Shown: positions 36,501-49,900 of the stretch, one piece after another
Numbering within the stretch: position 1 is the first letter of the stretch
How the letters are laid out: each line of letters begins with the position of its first letter
Assembly: GCA_028020825.1 (NCBI GenBank)
Contig: CM051622.1
Coordinates: forward strand, 17,952,261-18,016,260
Direction: 5' to 3'
DNA length: 64,000 bases
From: Podargus strigoides
Taxonomy: Eukaryota
Position numbers and translations under genes: made by a program
Notes under the pieces: generated by a model
What the model saw: the letters and a program-made list of their open reading frames with translations, nothing else
The model's database searches: none
What the model was told of the DNA's origin: nothing

Positions 36501-36948
36501 CATCAGGAACACAGCAAATAGTTATTTTCAAAGTAACAGACTGAATCATCATCATTCATATGATAAAGCTTTTCTTAAAATTAAAGCTCAAAGAGGGTAT
36601 GGTGCCAAGCAAAATGAATGTGAAATATTTTGAAAGGCTAACAGCATGATAAACATGCCTATTCTGAAGAGAACAGATGCATCACGCATGAACTGACTGA
36701 TACTGATATTGTGCCATTATCAAGGAAAATTGAAAACCAGCTCCTCAGTACAACCAATCTCAAGGAACACATGTTCAGCCCAACAGAGTACTCTGCATTA
36801 CTGTCTTTCCAATACAGAATTGCTGTGGGAGACAAGCTCGGAGCTGCCACAGCAGCATCCCAGGCAGAAACAGCCATGATAATCCAGAAAGGCCGCTGCA
36901 CACTGATGCTATGCAGCTTCACTGGCTTGACTGAGAACAGGTTGGTTT

Positions 36949-36998
36949 AAAATAAATAAATAAATAAACAAACAAACAAACAAACAAACAAACAAACA
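36949..36998. repeat. Compound tetranucleotide microsatellite (AAAT)4(AAAC)8
   Basis: aaataaataaataaataaacaaacaaacaaacaaacaaacaaacaaacag. Confidence 0.95.
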
Positions 36999-39900
36999 GG
37001 CTTTTTGGTGGCTACTGTAACAAAGAGCTTCCCCCCCTGTATTTCCCCCTTTATTTTAATCTATTTTTAAAATTACCTAGCAACACAGAACAGCAGCATG
37101 GATAAATTTTGACTTCCACTGAAGTGGACCATACGACACCAGCAGGCATAGGTATTGTTTTGAGAGTAGCAGAACCACTATCCATCACACAGAAAGGAAG
37201 AACTCCAGTGCAGAGAGCTTTCTCAGGAAAACACACAATCCCTTGTGGCCATTTATTTGGGGTTTCCAAAGGGAACCCGAGATGATCCGCAGAGTTGTGT
37301 TCATATTTACCTATCAAAAGGTAACAGATAACAATGTTGGCTACTGATGTACTAACAGAAGATAACAGTGCTAGACATTTTTAAATGGTCAATCAATCTT
37401 TTCCTCCCCATTTTTCTTAGTTTTTACTCAAGTCTGGCCAAACCTGCTCACCTTAAACATGAGTAGCCTCTGCTGAGGACAGAATCACACATTTGCAACA
37501 ATAAAACCATCAGAGAGTAAATCAGCTGTCACCTGGGCATCATTGCATGGCTGCCAGTGACTGCAGGAGACAAACTGCAACATAACCTTTCCCAGTCTTT
37601 CGTACCCCAAATTCTTCCTTAAGAGCATATACTTGCAGACAGCTAGAAGCACTTAAGTACTTAAGGGAAGAAGTGAACATTACCAAATTATGGCTCAAAA
37701 GGAAAACTAATTTCCTAGAAACAAAAGGGCAAATACTACTCCAACTGAGCCAGCAAGGTACTCGATTTCCTTGACAAGACTATTAAAAACATTTTACATC
37801 TATTTCACAACTTTCAATTTATAAGTTGTAGGGTATCTGAAGTTAGCATCTTACACAGAATGAGGAATGTGAATGTAGTAATGCTCCTCTACTGAAATCA
37901 GATTTCAAAAAAGAAAAAACAGTGGCAGTTACTACTGGCTAGGCAATAGCCTGTACCAGTGACAATACTACCAGCAAGGGACATCCATTATTCTGTTTTG
38001 CCTGGACTGCAAAACTTCACTTATACAGAAGTTAAACTATTTCATCAGTATTTGGGGGATGATGAGCATATCTGAAAATATTTAAACAAAAAGGACAAAG
38101 ATTTCCTCTCTACAGCTTAAGCAAGGTCTGAATTTGAAGACACGAAATTTTTAAGTTCTTAGTAAATTTCATAATAATTGTTCATTTGCAAGTCATTTAT
38201 GTTCCCAGATGGAAGACCGTATATTTAATACAAAAGGAGGATCCATTTTTTTTGTAAAAAGGATTCCCTACAATTTCAAAGCTTGGATTTGATCAGCAGA
38301 AGGGAATGAAGTCTTTAACTTCTTAACATCACTGAGGCTTCTATTGCAGAGTATAATTAAAGTGTTATATTTATTTTTAATATATATACACATTATATTT
38401 TTGCAAAATTTTGTAAATTGTGGGGCTGTAGTCATACAAAATCCTTAAAATAATCCTACATAAAACAGCAACTCAAATCCCCTATTTTTGAATACAGTCG
38501 GGGGGGCCCCAATATTGCTTACCAATGTTTCTATATCAAGTTGAGGAACCCGCAGCACCAGAATAGCTGGCTAATCAGACAGTGATTTTCATAATTATTC
38601 ATTCTATGTATGTTGCCATGGACACAACAGAAATGTCTTCAGATGTTCAGATTTCTACTTGCAATGACTGTGTTCATGCTGAGCAGCTGGGAAAAGCATC
38701 CAAGTAACAGTACCATTTCCTCCATTCCAAACTCACATGCTCTGCTACATGGATGCAGTTCCTGAGCATTTTATGATACTTTACCTTATCATCAACAGCT
38801 AAGAAACGCAAAACTTTTGAAGGAGCAAGGGACTAACCTTTAACCCTCATCATCGCTTTGACCTGGAAATAATGACGTATAGATGTGACTTCACCAATTA
38901 ACAAAGAAAACTTAAGAAACCTGACAGATCAAAAACATCTGAAACCATTGCATCATTCACCATTGGAAGTTACAGTTAAGATTTCATGAGCTTGTTTTAC
39001 ATTCTGTTCTAGAAACTCTGAACAAGTTCACATATCACAGACACTTATGGCTTCTTTGCATACAAAGCTGGAAACAAATTTAGAAAAGTCTGCTGTAAAC
39101 TAGATGTAGTTATACCAGCACAGCTAGCACAAAGTAGTACCAGTATTGCTCTGCTACTTCCAACAGAAGTCAGAAGATCATTGTGCTACACACTGTGCAA
39201 ACAAGTTTACAGTTACGCAATCTGAGATGAGAGAACTACTATGAAAATTTCAGAGACATTTAAATAGGCAGTTTTATTAGTATTGACTTAGTCTGATTTC
39301 AAAGTTTTAGTTGTTTTAAAGTAGCAAAGATGTGCACAGGCAAAGCCTAAGAGAGTTTTCCCAGATTTTACAGTCTCAAGACTACAGAAAATCAACATAA
39401 CCTTTGTATTATAAGTACTTATATATAGTTGAGATGTTATGACCTCACTAGTCTGAGGATATTTTGGATTGTCTAAACACTAGGGGGGGAATCTGGTTTA
39501 AGGGAAACTTCCCAGATTGGGCATAATCCAACCTTCTCCAATTTAAAAAAACAGCACTCCCAATGAATTGTGACTCGCCGATACACAGCACATTTACTTC
39601 TGAAGCGTTAGCAATGCTGCTTTACACAACTTCACACAACACTCCCCATGCCCTCCTGGAGGATTCCTTACCTGTCATTTCTGCAGCAGGTGCCCAGTTA
39701 AGCCAGTGTCCTAACCTCCTCTTCCAAAATAATGACAGCAGAATTGATTGTCTTTGTGGGGCTAAAATCTCTGAAGCCATAAGACTGTGCTGGGGGAAAG
39801 GGCAGGGCAAGCTGTGGTCGCACGGTCCTTATGAAGAGCAAGAACTCAAGATTCACTCAAAGAGCTTTCATCTTTGAAGTGCTTCATTTGAAAATGTAAA

Positions 39901-40039
39901 ATTTAACAATACTAAGCAATATATACATCTATATTGAAATAAAACCTAGTAAGGATGCATTCAAATACCTAAGCATGGAATAGGGTTTTAATGTTACTTC
40001 ACATTATTAAGTTTAATACAGTCAAAGCTTTATTTAGAT

Positions 40040-40300
40040 ACAGAATCACAGAAGGGCTGAGGTTGGAAGGGACCTCTAGAGGTTAACCCCCCTGCTCAAG
40101 CAGTGCCACCTAAAGCCAGCTGCCCAGGACCCTGTCCAGATGGCTTTTGGAATCTCCAAGAATGGAGACTCCACAACCTCCCTGGGCAACCTGTGCCAGT
40201 GCTCAGTCACCCTCACGTTAAAAATATACTTCCTGGTGTTCAGACAGAGCCTCGTGTTTCAGTTTGTGCCCATTGCTTCTGGTCCTGTCAAAAGATCTGA
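40040..40300 (-). mobile_element. CR1 3'-terminal fragment, minus strand
   Basis: The plus strand reads acagaatcacagaagggctgaggttggaagggacctctagagg...gactccacaacctccctgggcaacctgtgccagtgctcagtcaccctcac. This is the reverse complement of the CR1 C-terminal coding region and tail (VVESPSLE...). Confidence 0.75.
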
Positions 40301-43300
40301 TAATTCATTGTGCAATAATGTAATTTCCTTCCTGTGCTAGCTCCACTGGGTGGCAATTTTTATCTCTGATTACTTCACGACAAATACAGAACACCAACTT
40401 CTAGCTTCCACCATAATAAAGCCATATTTGATAGAAAAAGGAAAATCTTATGTTAGATTTGAAATGCACAGGAAATGGAATCTGTATTTCAAGACAAACA
40501 CAACAGGACAGCGCTAACAAACTGCAGGGCATCCTGCAAATGCTCTATCACATATTGGTCCACTGACATGAAGACTTACCTGTTTACAAAAAAGCCCCAC
40601 AAAGCAAAACTGAATAAAGGTACTATTTCTCATGAAAACTTGTGTTTTGTAGAGATGAAGGCATTTACAGATCTGTTTCAGTATGACAAAACTAGTCCTT
40701 GCAACAGACAAATCTGCACTTGCTCAGTCTAAGCAGATTACTCTTCAGACCTGGGCTGAAAGTTGTGTATACCACCACCAGGGAACCTGTGAAAAATTTT
40801 AAGGCAGAGTATGTGGTGAACTCAACCATATAAAACTGAAGAACAGAGATTACTTTCTACTGCTGTACAAGCTTCATTGTCTGGCAAGCTGGGACTCAAA
40901 CTTAGCTTTCTGTTCTTTACTTGCACAACTGGACATATTGCTGATGCTGCACTAAAGATTGATCTCAGCTTTCTAGTACCATTTTACTTTCCTTATTTCA
41001 GAAGAAGTGGCTACTACCTGTAAGAAAGTTACTGTTCCTACCCAAGGTGAAATAGCTTTCCAAGTGAGTATTAAACACCAAAAAAAAGTATTAAGCCTCA
41101 GCTCTCATGTACACAGAGCTAAGGAAGCACCTGCTAATATGTTATAAAGAGGACTGAGAAGCATGATATTAGGAATAATTTCAAGTTTGAATAAGAGATT
41201 TATCTATCAGCCATCTCCATGTGTGTTAGGAATACTGTTAACATTAGCCCTTCCACCATCTACCCCCCCTTAAAAGACACTCCAGTTGGCTACAACTTTC
41301 TTCACTTGAGAACAACAAAGTACAAAGGCCTTAATGATGAAACCATGTTTGCACAGGACTAAGGCAACACCACACGGCAAGAAATAGGGAATTTCCTTTT
41401 GTTGTCATCTTACATAAAGACAGACAGTTGGCATCACATTCAAGACCAAAATATTTTGAATCAAGATAACTGACTTGACTGTTGGCACTATTTTTCATCA
41501 TGGTTCATTCAGATTTCAAGATGTAAGCACATACCATAATTTTCACATTTAAAGTATGTATTTAAAATAAGCTATTAAAATGATGTCAGGTGACAAATTT
41601 TTAAATATCAACACATTGAAAAAATGGTTATGAACACAGACTAGAACATAAAAGTGTTACTTCAGTTACCTGTTTGGGACTTTTGATGTACACAAGGAAA
41701 AAACATCCATTCTAACACACTATGAACATTTGGTATGTCTTGAAAAAGAAATTCCACATAAGCAAGCAGCAGCTCCAACAAAGTCTGAATTTCAAACCAA
41801 AGTTCTGCATACTGATGCATCAATTTCTTTGACAGGTTAAAAGAATATTTACCCGTTATCAAATTCTTCCACTACTTTTTACGGACCATCTTCAAAGAGC
41901 TCAGTTTGCTCTCCTATTCTGCTCAACTTTGTTCTTGCCTTCTCATAACTTTATTTCCATCTTATTTAACAACCTCTTTTGGTCAACTTACTTTCATTCT
42001 GAGCTCTGCAAAATATCGCATGTGATCAGCATCTGATTGCCGAGTATGCTCTGACAGGGTGTATTTATGCATACATTTTAAGTGATTCTAGTTTACACTC
42101 CACTGTGTCAACTAAAATAAATGCAGATATCCAAATAAAGATGAACCTCAGCACCTGGAGGCAGAACCAGGTCTTCACGTCTTTATTACAAATTAGGGAA
42201 ACACACTGAAATAACCATCCAACAGATTCATTTTCTGTAACACTCCTTGAACTATCAAAGGAATTTGTCATTGACAGTACAAGTGTATTTTTGAAAATTT
42301 GCATATCGAATTTCTTAAGTCTCTACTCAAACTTGCTCAGATCAATACCTCACTGAGAATACCATATTTACAATTTATGATAGGTAACATTTGGAAGCAC
42401 GCTGCAATGACTGAAAATGTGTGAACAGACAACTGCAGCTGGCAAGAGCAAATGCCGATTTCTGCACTCTTGTGACTACACCACCCTCACTCCCCAACTG
42501 CAGTAGCTGCCACTGTGCGACTGAAATGTGCTAAGCAGAAGAGATGAAGGCTCTGAAAAGCATCCTTGTAGCAATAAAGGAACTTCATGAACTGAGGCAG
42601 GCGAAGCAACTGCTGAAACAGCCGAAGGCACTACCCTATTTGAAGTCCTGGGAAGGCTATGGCAGTCGTGTAGCTGTACATGTACCCCATCAGCAGACAA
42701 GCTACCTCAGGTGCTGACTGTTCAACTACTCAGATTTATCACTTCATAAACCTAAATCCCGATAGTCCTGTTGTTGTTTTGTCATGATTAAGGCAAAGAT
42801 GACATTTTCCTGTAGTAAGAACTGGACCAGATTCGGGTAGCATTTGTTTTTAAGCAAGAGCTCTCTAAACTTGTGACACAAATCTACTGGAAGCATCAGT
42901 ACGTTAAGTACATTTGAACTTCAGTCCTTTCCCAGCATAATTTTTGTTGCATATTTAGCCTTTCCCTGCGTGTCATTAATAAAGTTCCACCTTTGTTCCT
43001 TTAAGGTTATGCAGACAAAAACTAAATATATGAGAAAATGTATCTAACTCCCCAATAACATTACTCTTCTCCATATCTTAGTGAAACAAAGGCTTTCAGA
43101 CTTTTGTCCATTAAAGCATATATTTCATTTACATGTTTACACTGAACTAGTTTCTATTATAGTGGAACTCTGAAACAATATTTAAGAATTTTAGATGAAG
43201 TTTATCAGGTGTCGTATTTGGGGTTTTTAATTCCCTGGTAGCTTCCAGAATTTTAGAAGAAAGAAACTGAAAGATGAGGTCAAACCACATCTTCATGCTT

Positions 43301-46300
43301 TTCCACATTACTATCTCCCCCATCTGTAAATCCATGAAAAGCACTTACCTACTTTTACTTTTCCATATCAGTATTTCCACACACCTATGAGTCAAGAGAG
43401 GGTACATAAGGGTACCTATTTATTTATTTTTTTAAAAGTTCTCATTTATTCTGTCACTTAATTATTGTGCATCGACTCACAAAAGAGAAACTTTAAATTA
43501 ATCCAGAGAAGTAATTTTTCCCCCTCAGGAAGAGTCACACATCCTTTTTAACAACACAACAGGTTAAGAATACATACATGCTATTTGTATACTAACAACA
43601 TATATGGAGAGGTATGTAATGACCTGTCAAATACAAAGAACTTTTTACCGTGCATCTGACATCTGATTCCTTCCCTTAACCCATTTCCATTGTTTAGTAT
43701 TACAAACCCCAAATGAAGTTTTATACAGTTCATATCTTCATTATCATCACGAAAAGTTACAGCCTTTTATAATAAAAGAAAACCTGGAATACAGAATAGG
43801 AAACAAAACCCTAAATGCAAAGGATAAGGATACCCAGAGCAGGCCAGTGACAATCTTCAAAGATGAACGATTTGGCCCAATCCTATAGTCAGCATCTCAC
43901 ATTACGTCCTCACATTGCTTCTAAAGCTTTGCAGAAGCTTGCAGAATTTTCACTATAGTACTAACGAAGGTTAGAGTTGAGTCACAATGCGCTCAATGTC
44001 AGCCCAGTGAAAGAACAGGAGCTCAAATACTTCATAAATATGTAAGACCTCTAGTAAAATTAAGTTTTTCTGTCTTCTTTAAAGATACACCATTCAGCTT
44101 CCTTGACACTGAGCAGTTTTGAAGATGCTAGATTTTTAAAAAATTTTTTTACAATAATATGAAGAAGATTCTACATTACCAGTTTTCCCACCTGAGGCCT
44201 CAAACAACATACAATAACCAAACCCCTACCCTCCTCCCAAAATCTAGATGAACACTTTCAAAACTGTGAGCACTTCTGTGACTACTACAGCAACACAGCA
44301 GAAATGCAAATTCAGTATCAAGGTTCTGGAACAGTTTTAAAATCAATATTTATTTCCCAAAAATATCAGACACCTGGAAAAAAATATATCAAAAAATTCA
44401 TTCCAAAGGTAGTAAGAATAATGCTCAAGATCAGCTTTTATACAACTAGGCTTAAAGGCACAAAATATTATCAGTCTTTGGTAACAACCATCACTTGAAT
44501 TATCCTATTTGTGATATTCCTACTAAATGCCATCATCTCCAGCAATGTACATGTGCCTAATCTAATCAACCCTATTTTTAAGATGCTAACAATTAATTCT
44601 TATTTCTTGTTAAGTCTTTATAATAAACAGTTTTGTACAATGGTCTCAATTTAAAGAGTAAAAAATGCGTGCCCAGTAACATAATGAAAATCAAAACAAG
44701 AGCGTGATTCCTCCAGAGATCTGTACTTTCCCCCCACCTCCCAGGGGACCGGCTTACTCTCAACTCAATATAATTTTTAAAGTTTCACTTCAAAAATGAT
44801 GAAACTCAAACTAATTTTATTTTTTTTAATGTTTAATACAACTTGGGGAGTTACAGTACTATTCAGAGCAAACATCAAGTCATTTGTGATTCATTTACTG
44901 CCTTGTACACATGCTTGTGATTATCTATGGAAACTAAACTTGGCATTTTTTTAAATCTTTAACATTAATACCGAAGTAGGCTGTAAGCAGGAAAAAAATT
45001 AGATGTAGTCATGCAAGTATACCAAGTGATTTGACTCTCCTGAGCCAGCTGTCATTTTAGAAGCAGGAAGAGGCATCCAGGACTTCCATTTACTTTCCTA
45101 ATGAACACATTTTAATGACTTGCTACTTTTTCCCATACGCAATAGAAAAAGTATATTTTGCACAAAACATGCAGAGTGAACACAAAACAGAAAGCAAGCA
45201 TAGCAATGAAAAACCCTCCTAAACAAGTTACATAATACTAAAGAAATTCTCTACTACCCCCTTCTACAGGCATTTGCATTCATCAGTGTGAATAAGATAT
45301 GAAACTGTACACAACTGTGATGCAAGAATGATGCTGAACATGCATTAAGTGGTATTACAAAAACTACACAAAGCATAACATGGCAACGATAAACTGGCAC
45401 GCATACCAAAATGGTTCTAAAAGCACAGCCATCCCAACTGCCAAGTTAACATAATTTTCACTTTTAAACCAGTAATTCAATATATGACAATTAGTTCATA
45501 CATTTTCTTTCAAAATTCTGAGCATTCAGTTTTTGAAATGTAATAATCGCATTCTTTACACGCTAAGGCAGAAATTTTATTTGTATATTTTGGCACAGAT
45601 CTGGTTCTGAAAACATCAGATGTGGAATTGCTACTGATAAAATGCTGGAAGTTCTAGAAGTACAGTGTTCCACATGGGAACAAAACTGAAGATGAACTAC
45701 TGTTTCATTTTTAAAGTTTTCCTTCTGTGCCTCCTGGAAAAGGCGTTTGGTTTGAAGCTGATTAAAACTGGAGCTGCAGCTTACCTTTCACATGCTCTGT
45801 CCCTTAAAAGTAGAACAAATGGAACAATGCAGTGCTATTGTATCAAAGAATGAAGAGTGTCAGCGTTTTAAAAGACAGTATTTCCCATATTTGTCATTGC
45901 AGTTTACATATTTTCTTCCAAGAAAAAGTACATGTGAATAGTCTTGCTTCTCTAAAGCAACTGTATATATATATGTATGTTCCTGCAGAAATCATGGAGA
46001 ACACTATTTTCTGTATTTTACTGACTTGCATGTAACCTTCTCAGAAACTGCAGAAAGCGGACAGATCAAGCTCACATATCATGTGGCTCAACACTGTAGT
46101 GTATGCTTTTCTTCATCACTTCAAACGCTTGCCCTCTTGAGCCAACTCTCACTAAGAACGGGAAACATAACCGTGCTATCGAGACATCTAGAGCCCTCAA
46201 CGTATTTCTTACCTATTTGTTCTATGCTATGTATTTCATAGAAGTACTCAAAAGTCATCCAACTCAATGAGAACATACATAAAACTATGTTACCTATGTG

Positions 46301-46947
46301 GCACACAGGCACAGCACAAACTATGTTCACACGGTTATGAAGAGTCTTCTGTTCTACTGCCCACACCTTGCTATTCTCTCCTTCCATACTGAAACGATCA
46401 GAATTTTCACTGGATTTCTTTTATCCTGCTCACTGCATGGGCACAGAGATGCAAGGGTTGCACAGAGCAAGCAGGAAGCAGGACCAAGCAGCAAGGAGGG
46501 CAAAGGGCTGCTCCTATCTGCAACAATGCATGTATTGAATTATTGTTTTAAATACACACACAAAGATTTCAAGTCACCCATTACTATACAAAAGTTTAAA
46601 ACATTTGTAAGCAGCTTGAAAGACCCCTTCCAGCTGGCAGTTCAAAGACTGCGTTTTACACTACTGCCATAGCTGCTTTATGCAGGGCTTTTTCCTGCCA
46701 TTTTACACTAGATAAAAATATGTAAAGCTTAGTAACAGCACTGTAGAATAAATCCTTTAACAGCAAATAATGAACAGTAATGGAGCTCTTACAAAACCAA
46801 ACACATTAAAATGCCCAAAACACCAAGACCAAACAGCTTCAAAAAGAATTACAATAAATTCTTGTGGTTTTTATACCTTTTCAGGTTTATTACACTTCCT
46901 CTTCCAACTTGCTTAAGTATATGCGGATTTCCACCTTGCTTCAGTAA

Positions 46948-46990
46948 GGGTGGGGGGTGGGTGGGGGGGTGGGTGGAGTTGAGGGGTGGT
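46948..46990. repeat. G-rich low-complexity tract (GGGTGG-type), candidate G-quadruplex-forming sequence
   Basis: gggtggggggtgggtgggggggtgggtggagttgaggggtgg. Confidence 0.7.
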
Positions 46991-49900
46991 TTGTTTTGGC
47001 ATTTGTTTTTTCTTTCAAATATTCACTGAGAATAAAATTACTTGCCCTTTCACATAAATAAAAAATTGATTACTGGCAAAATTAAGGCAAAAACGGAATG
47101 AAAATACCTTAAGCCTATCCTATAATTACTAATAAACATTCACTATTTTATTTTCCTTTACACCATCTTCTGTGTGGTGCTTCTCTGGCTATGACACACA
47201 GGTGGTAAGACTGGATTCTCACTGGTTTGATGACAGATTAGCAATCTTGAGATCAACTGTTTCATACTTACAGCTGTATACAGCCACAAAAATTAAGTCC
47301 TACAGAACAATTTCATAACAACACAGAGGAAACATATCCAACTGCAGTGACCCCACCCTACATTCCATGAATATTAAAAAATTTTTAGGACATTAGTTCA
47401 TTTCAGCTTTTCTGATATTCCTTGGCCATATGCACACCACTAAGATCAAAGTTTAAAAAATCCAATACATTAAATGTAACTCGAATTTCCATGCTTTCCA
47501 CTAAAAATTAGTTTCATATATAACAAGCTTTAAAGTTATTTTTGTGAATCTGTTGCAGATATAAAAATGGAAGAAATGTGGTTTAATTTTATTATGTCAC
47601 TTTATTCCCTCCCCCATCATTTTTTCAATTTACATACACCTTCGCACTTATTCCTGTTCAACATTCTATGCAAATTTTTTACTGAGAAATTAAAGGCAAG
47701 AACAAGATCTTTATTCTCACTGCGCTTCTTCCAAGTCAAGCACTTAACGCCCCGTATACAGTCAGCATATAAATTCAATCAAATTATACAACTACGCTTT
47801 ACTCTACAGAAATGAAGATTAAAAAGCACACAAGTAAAACTAGGAACAATAGCTCTTAGACAAGCCACTTACCCAAACAAATGGAAAAGCCTTATCAACA
47901 CGCATATGCAGAAACACAGTTAAGTTCCTTTTGAATCTCATACCTCTTATTATGAGCATTTTGTTCTCTATTTGACGGACTACATATAAATCAGTTTTTA
48001 CCCACATTTACAAAGATTTTTTTTTTTCCTTTTAATGGGATTCACGTATAAAATAATCATTGTATGAAAGCAGGTTTTTTAAGTGATTTTACCTATAATT
48101 ATGCTATGGTTATCTCTGAATTTAAACTTTTCTGAATAGTTCCTTCTATTAGGAAAAAAATGGTTGCTGTTCTAAACCGCTTTTCTAAAGAAACCCATCT
48201 CTTACTGCTTTGAGAAGTCAGGCTGAAGTCATTAACATGAATACCTCCAAATTTCAATTATATTAATTTTCACAGTAGTTTATGGAAGCTGAAGATGGAA
48301 AAGACCTATTACATCTATCCCATTGAAAACAAACACATTGAGGGCTTGTTCCATGCATTTAAGTATTGTTTTCATGAAGATTTAATGTTCAGTTTAACTA
48401 TTCTACAATTTACATTTTTATAAACTTCAGTATTTCATGGATTACTGTGAGAACAAACCTGAAACACCTACAGCTATGATTTAAAAATATTTTATGGGGA
48501 AAAACCTAAAATTATTAACAAAATAGATTTCTTCTTAACAGCAAAACACCAAATTGGTGAGACCACCTACTAAGACTAAGTACATTTTACAGTATATCCC
48601 AAAAGGCAACAAAAAGCCAATCCAATGGGAAAAATTATACCTGACATGAAGTATTGCAAGTTTTTCGTCAGCCCCTTCTCTTGTTATTAAGTTCTCACAT
48701 TTCATTGAATGGATTTTTAAGAAAACAAATGCTTTTGGGATAATACAGTCCAACATTTGTCACTAAACTAGCACTGAAGAGCCAATAATCGAAAGGAATA
48801 ATGCCCAGCCTCTGTATTTTCCACAGGCCGCACTCACTCCTTCCTCGCTGTTCAAGAATCAGGGAAGTCTGCACTACTATTCCTTCATACTAGAAGTGAG
48901 TTAACAGCCTAAAGAAAACAACAAATCCCAAGATGTTTCTGCATCTTAATGATAGCACTATGCCCAAATTAATAAATTCAGGGCTACTGAGAAGACAATT
49001 AAATTTTATTTGAAATGTGCTCTCTCAAGTCTCACAGTCTTGGCCCCAAACACAAGGTAACAAGAGATGCTGGATGCAGACTCTGTAAAACCACCTATGG
49101 ATACGTACTGCTTCAACTCTCAGGAATGGGATTGAGAATCCATTCCTATTTGCAGTCCAATGTAAACTGACCGCATCAGTTGTTACCCAGCCTTCCCTGC
49201 CATTTTAATGGTTCAATTACAGTTTATTTTGACTTGTCTTCACTGAGAAGGGAAGAATTATGATCCACCTTGTTATAAAAAGAATTCTCTATTAAGCAGT
49301 ATGCCAAAAAATTAGTTTCCACAACATGCTTAAGTAAAATGAGCTTCATGCTTTTGGAACACACTACTCACTGAACATCTCACCTCAAAGCACATTCTCT
49401 CCCTTCAGAAGGCCTAAGGGGTTTTATTTTTCACTTGAGAATCTTGCTTTAGATCTGTTATTTCAGCATTTTTGAGCCAAGTTATCTCAAGGCAGATTGT
49501 GGCTGTTCAACAATACGTACTTCATAAAAGTCAAGGCATTTGTATTTAGTCCCTTTTAAAACAATTTGTAATTGTAGATTAACCTACTTTTCAAGTTAAA
49601 AAAACCCTGAAATCAAAAGTGGGTAAGAGGAAAAATTAGTTTGGTATTACATTTTAAAATATAACAGTATACTTCAGATGAGAATGCTCCTCAAAGAACA
49701 CAGACTTATAAAATCCTACTGACTATGGTCAAAATTAAATTAACGTAACAGTTCATGTCGTCTTCTTTGCTATGTATGTTAACCTTTTGTTCTAAAAGAG
49801 TCTCCAGTTTATCGTATCTTTATGTCCAATTGGATAAAATAGATGTGGGCAATAAATAAAATAACTTAAGGTCAGGAATTTTCTTCGTAGGTAATCCACA

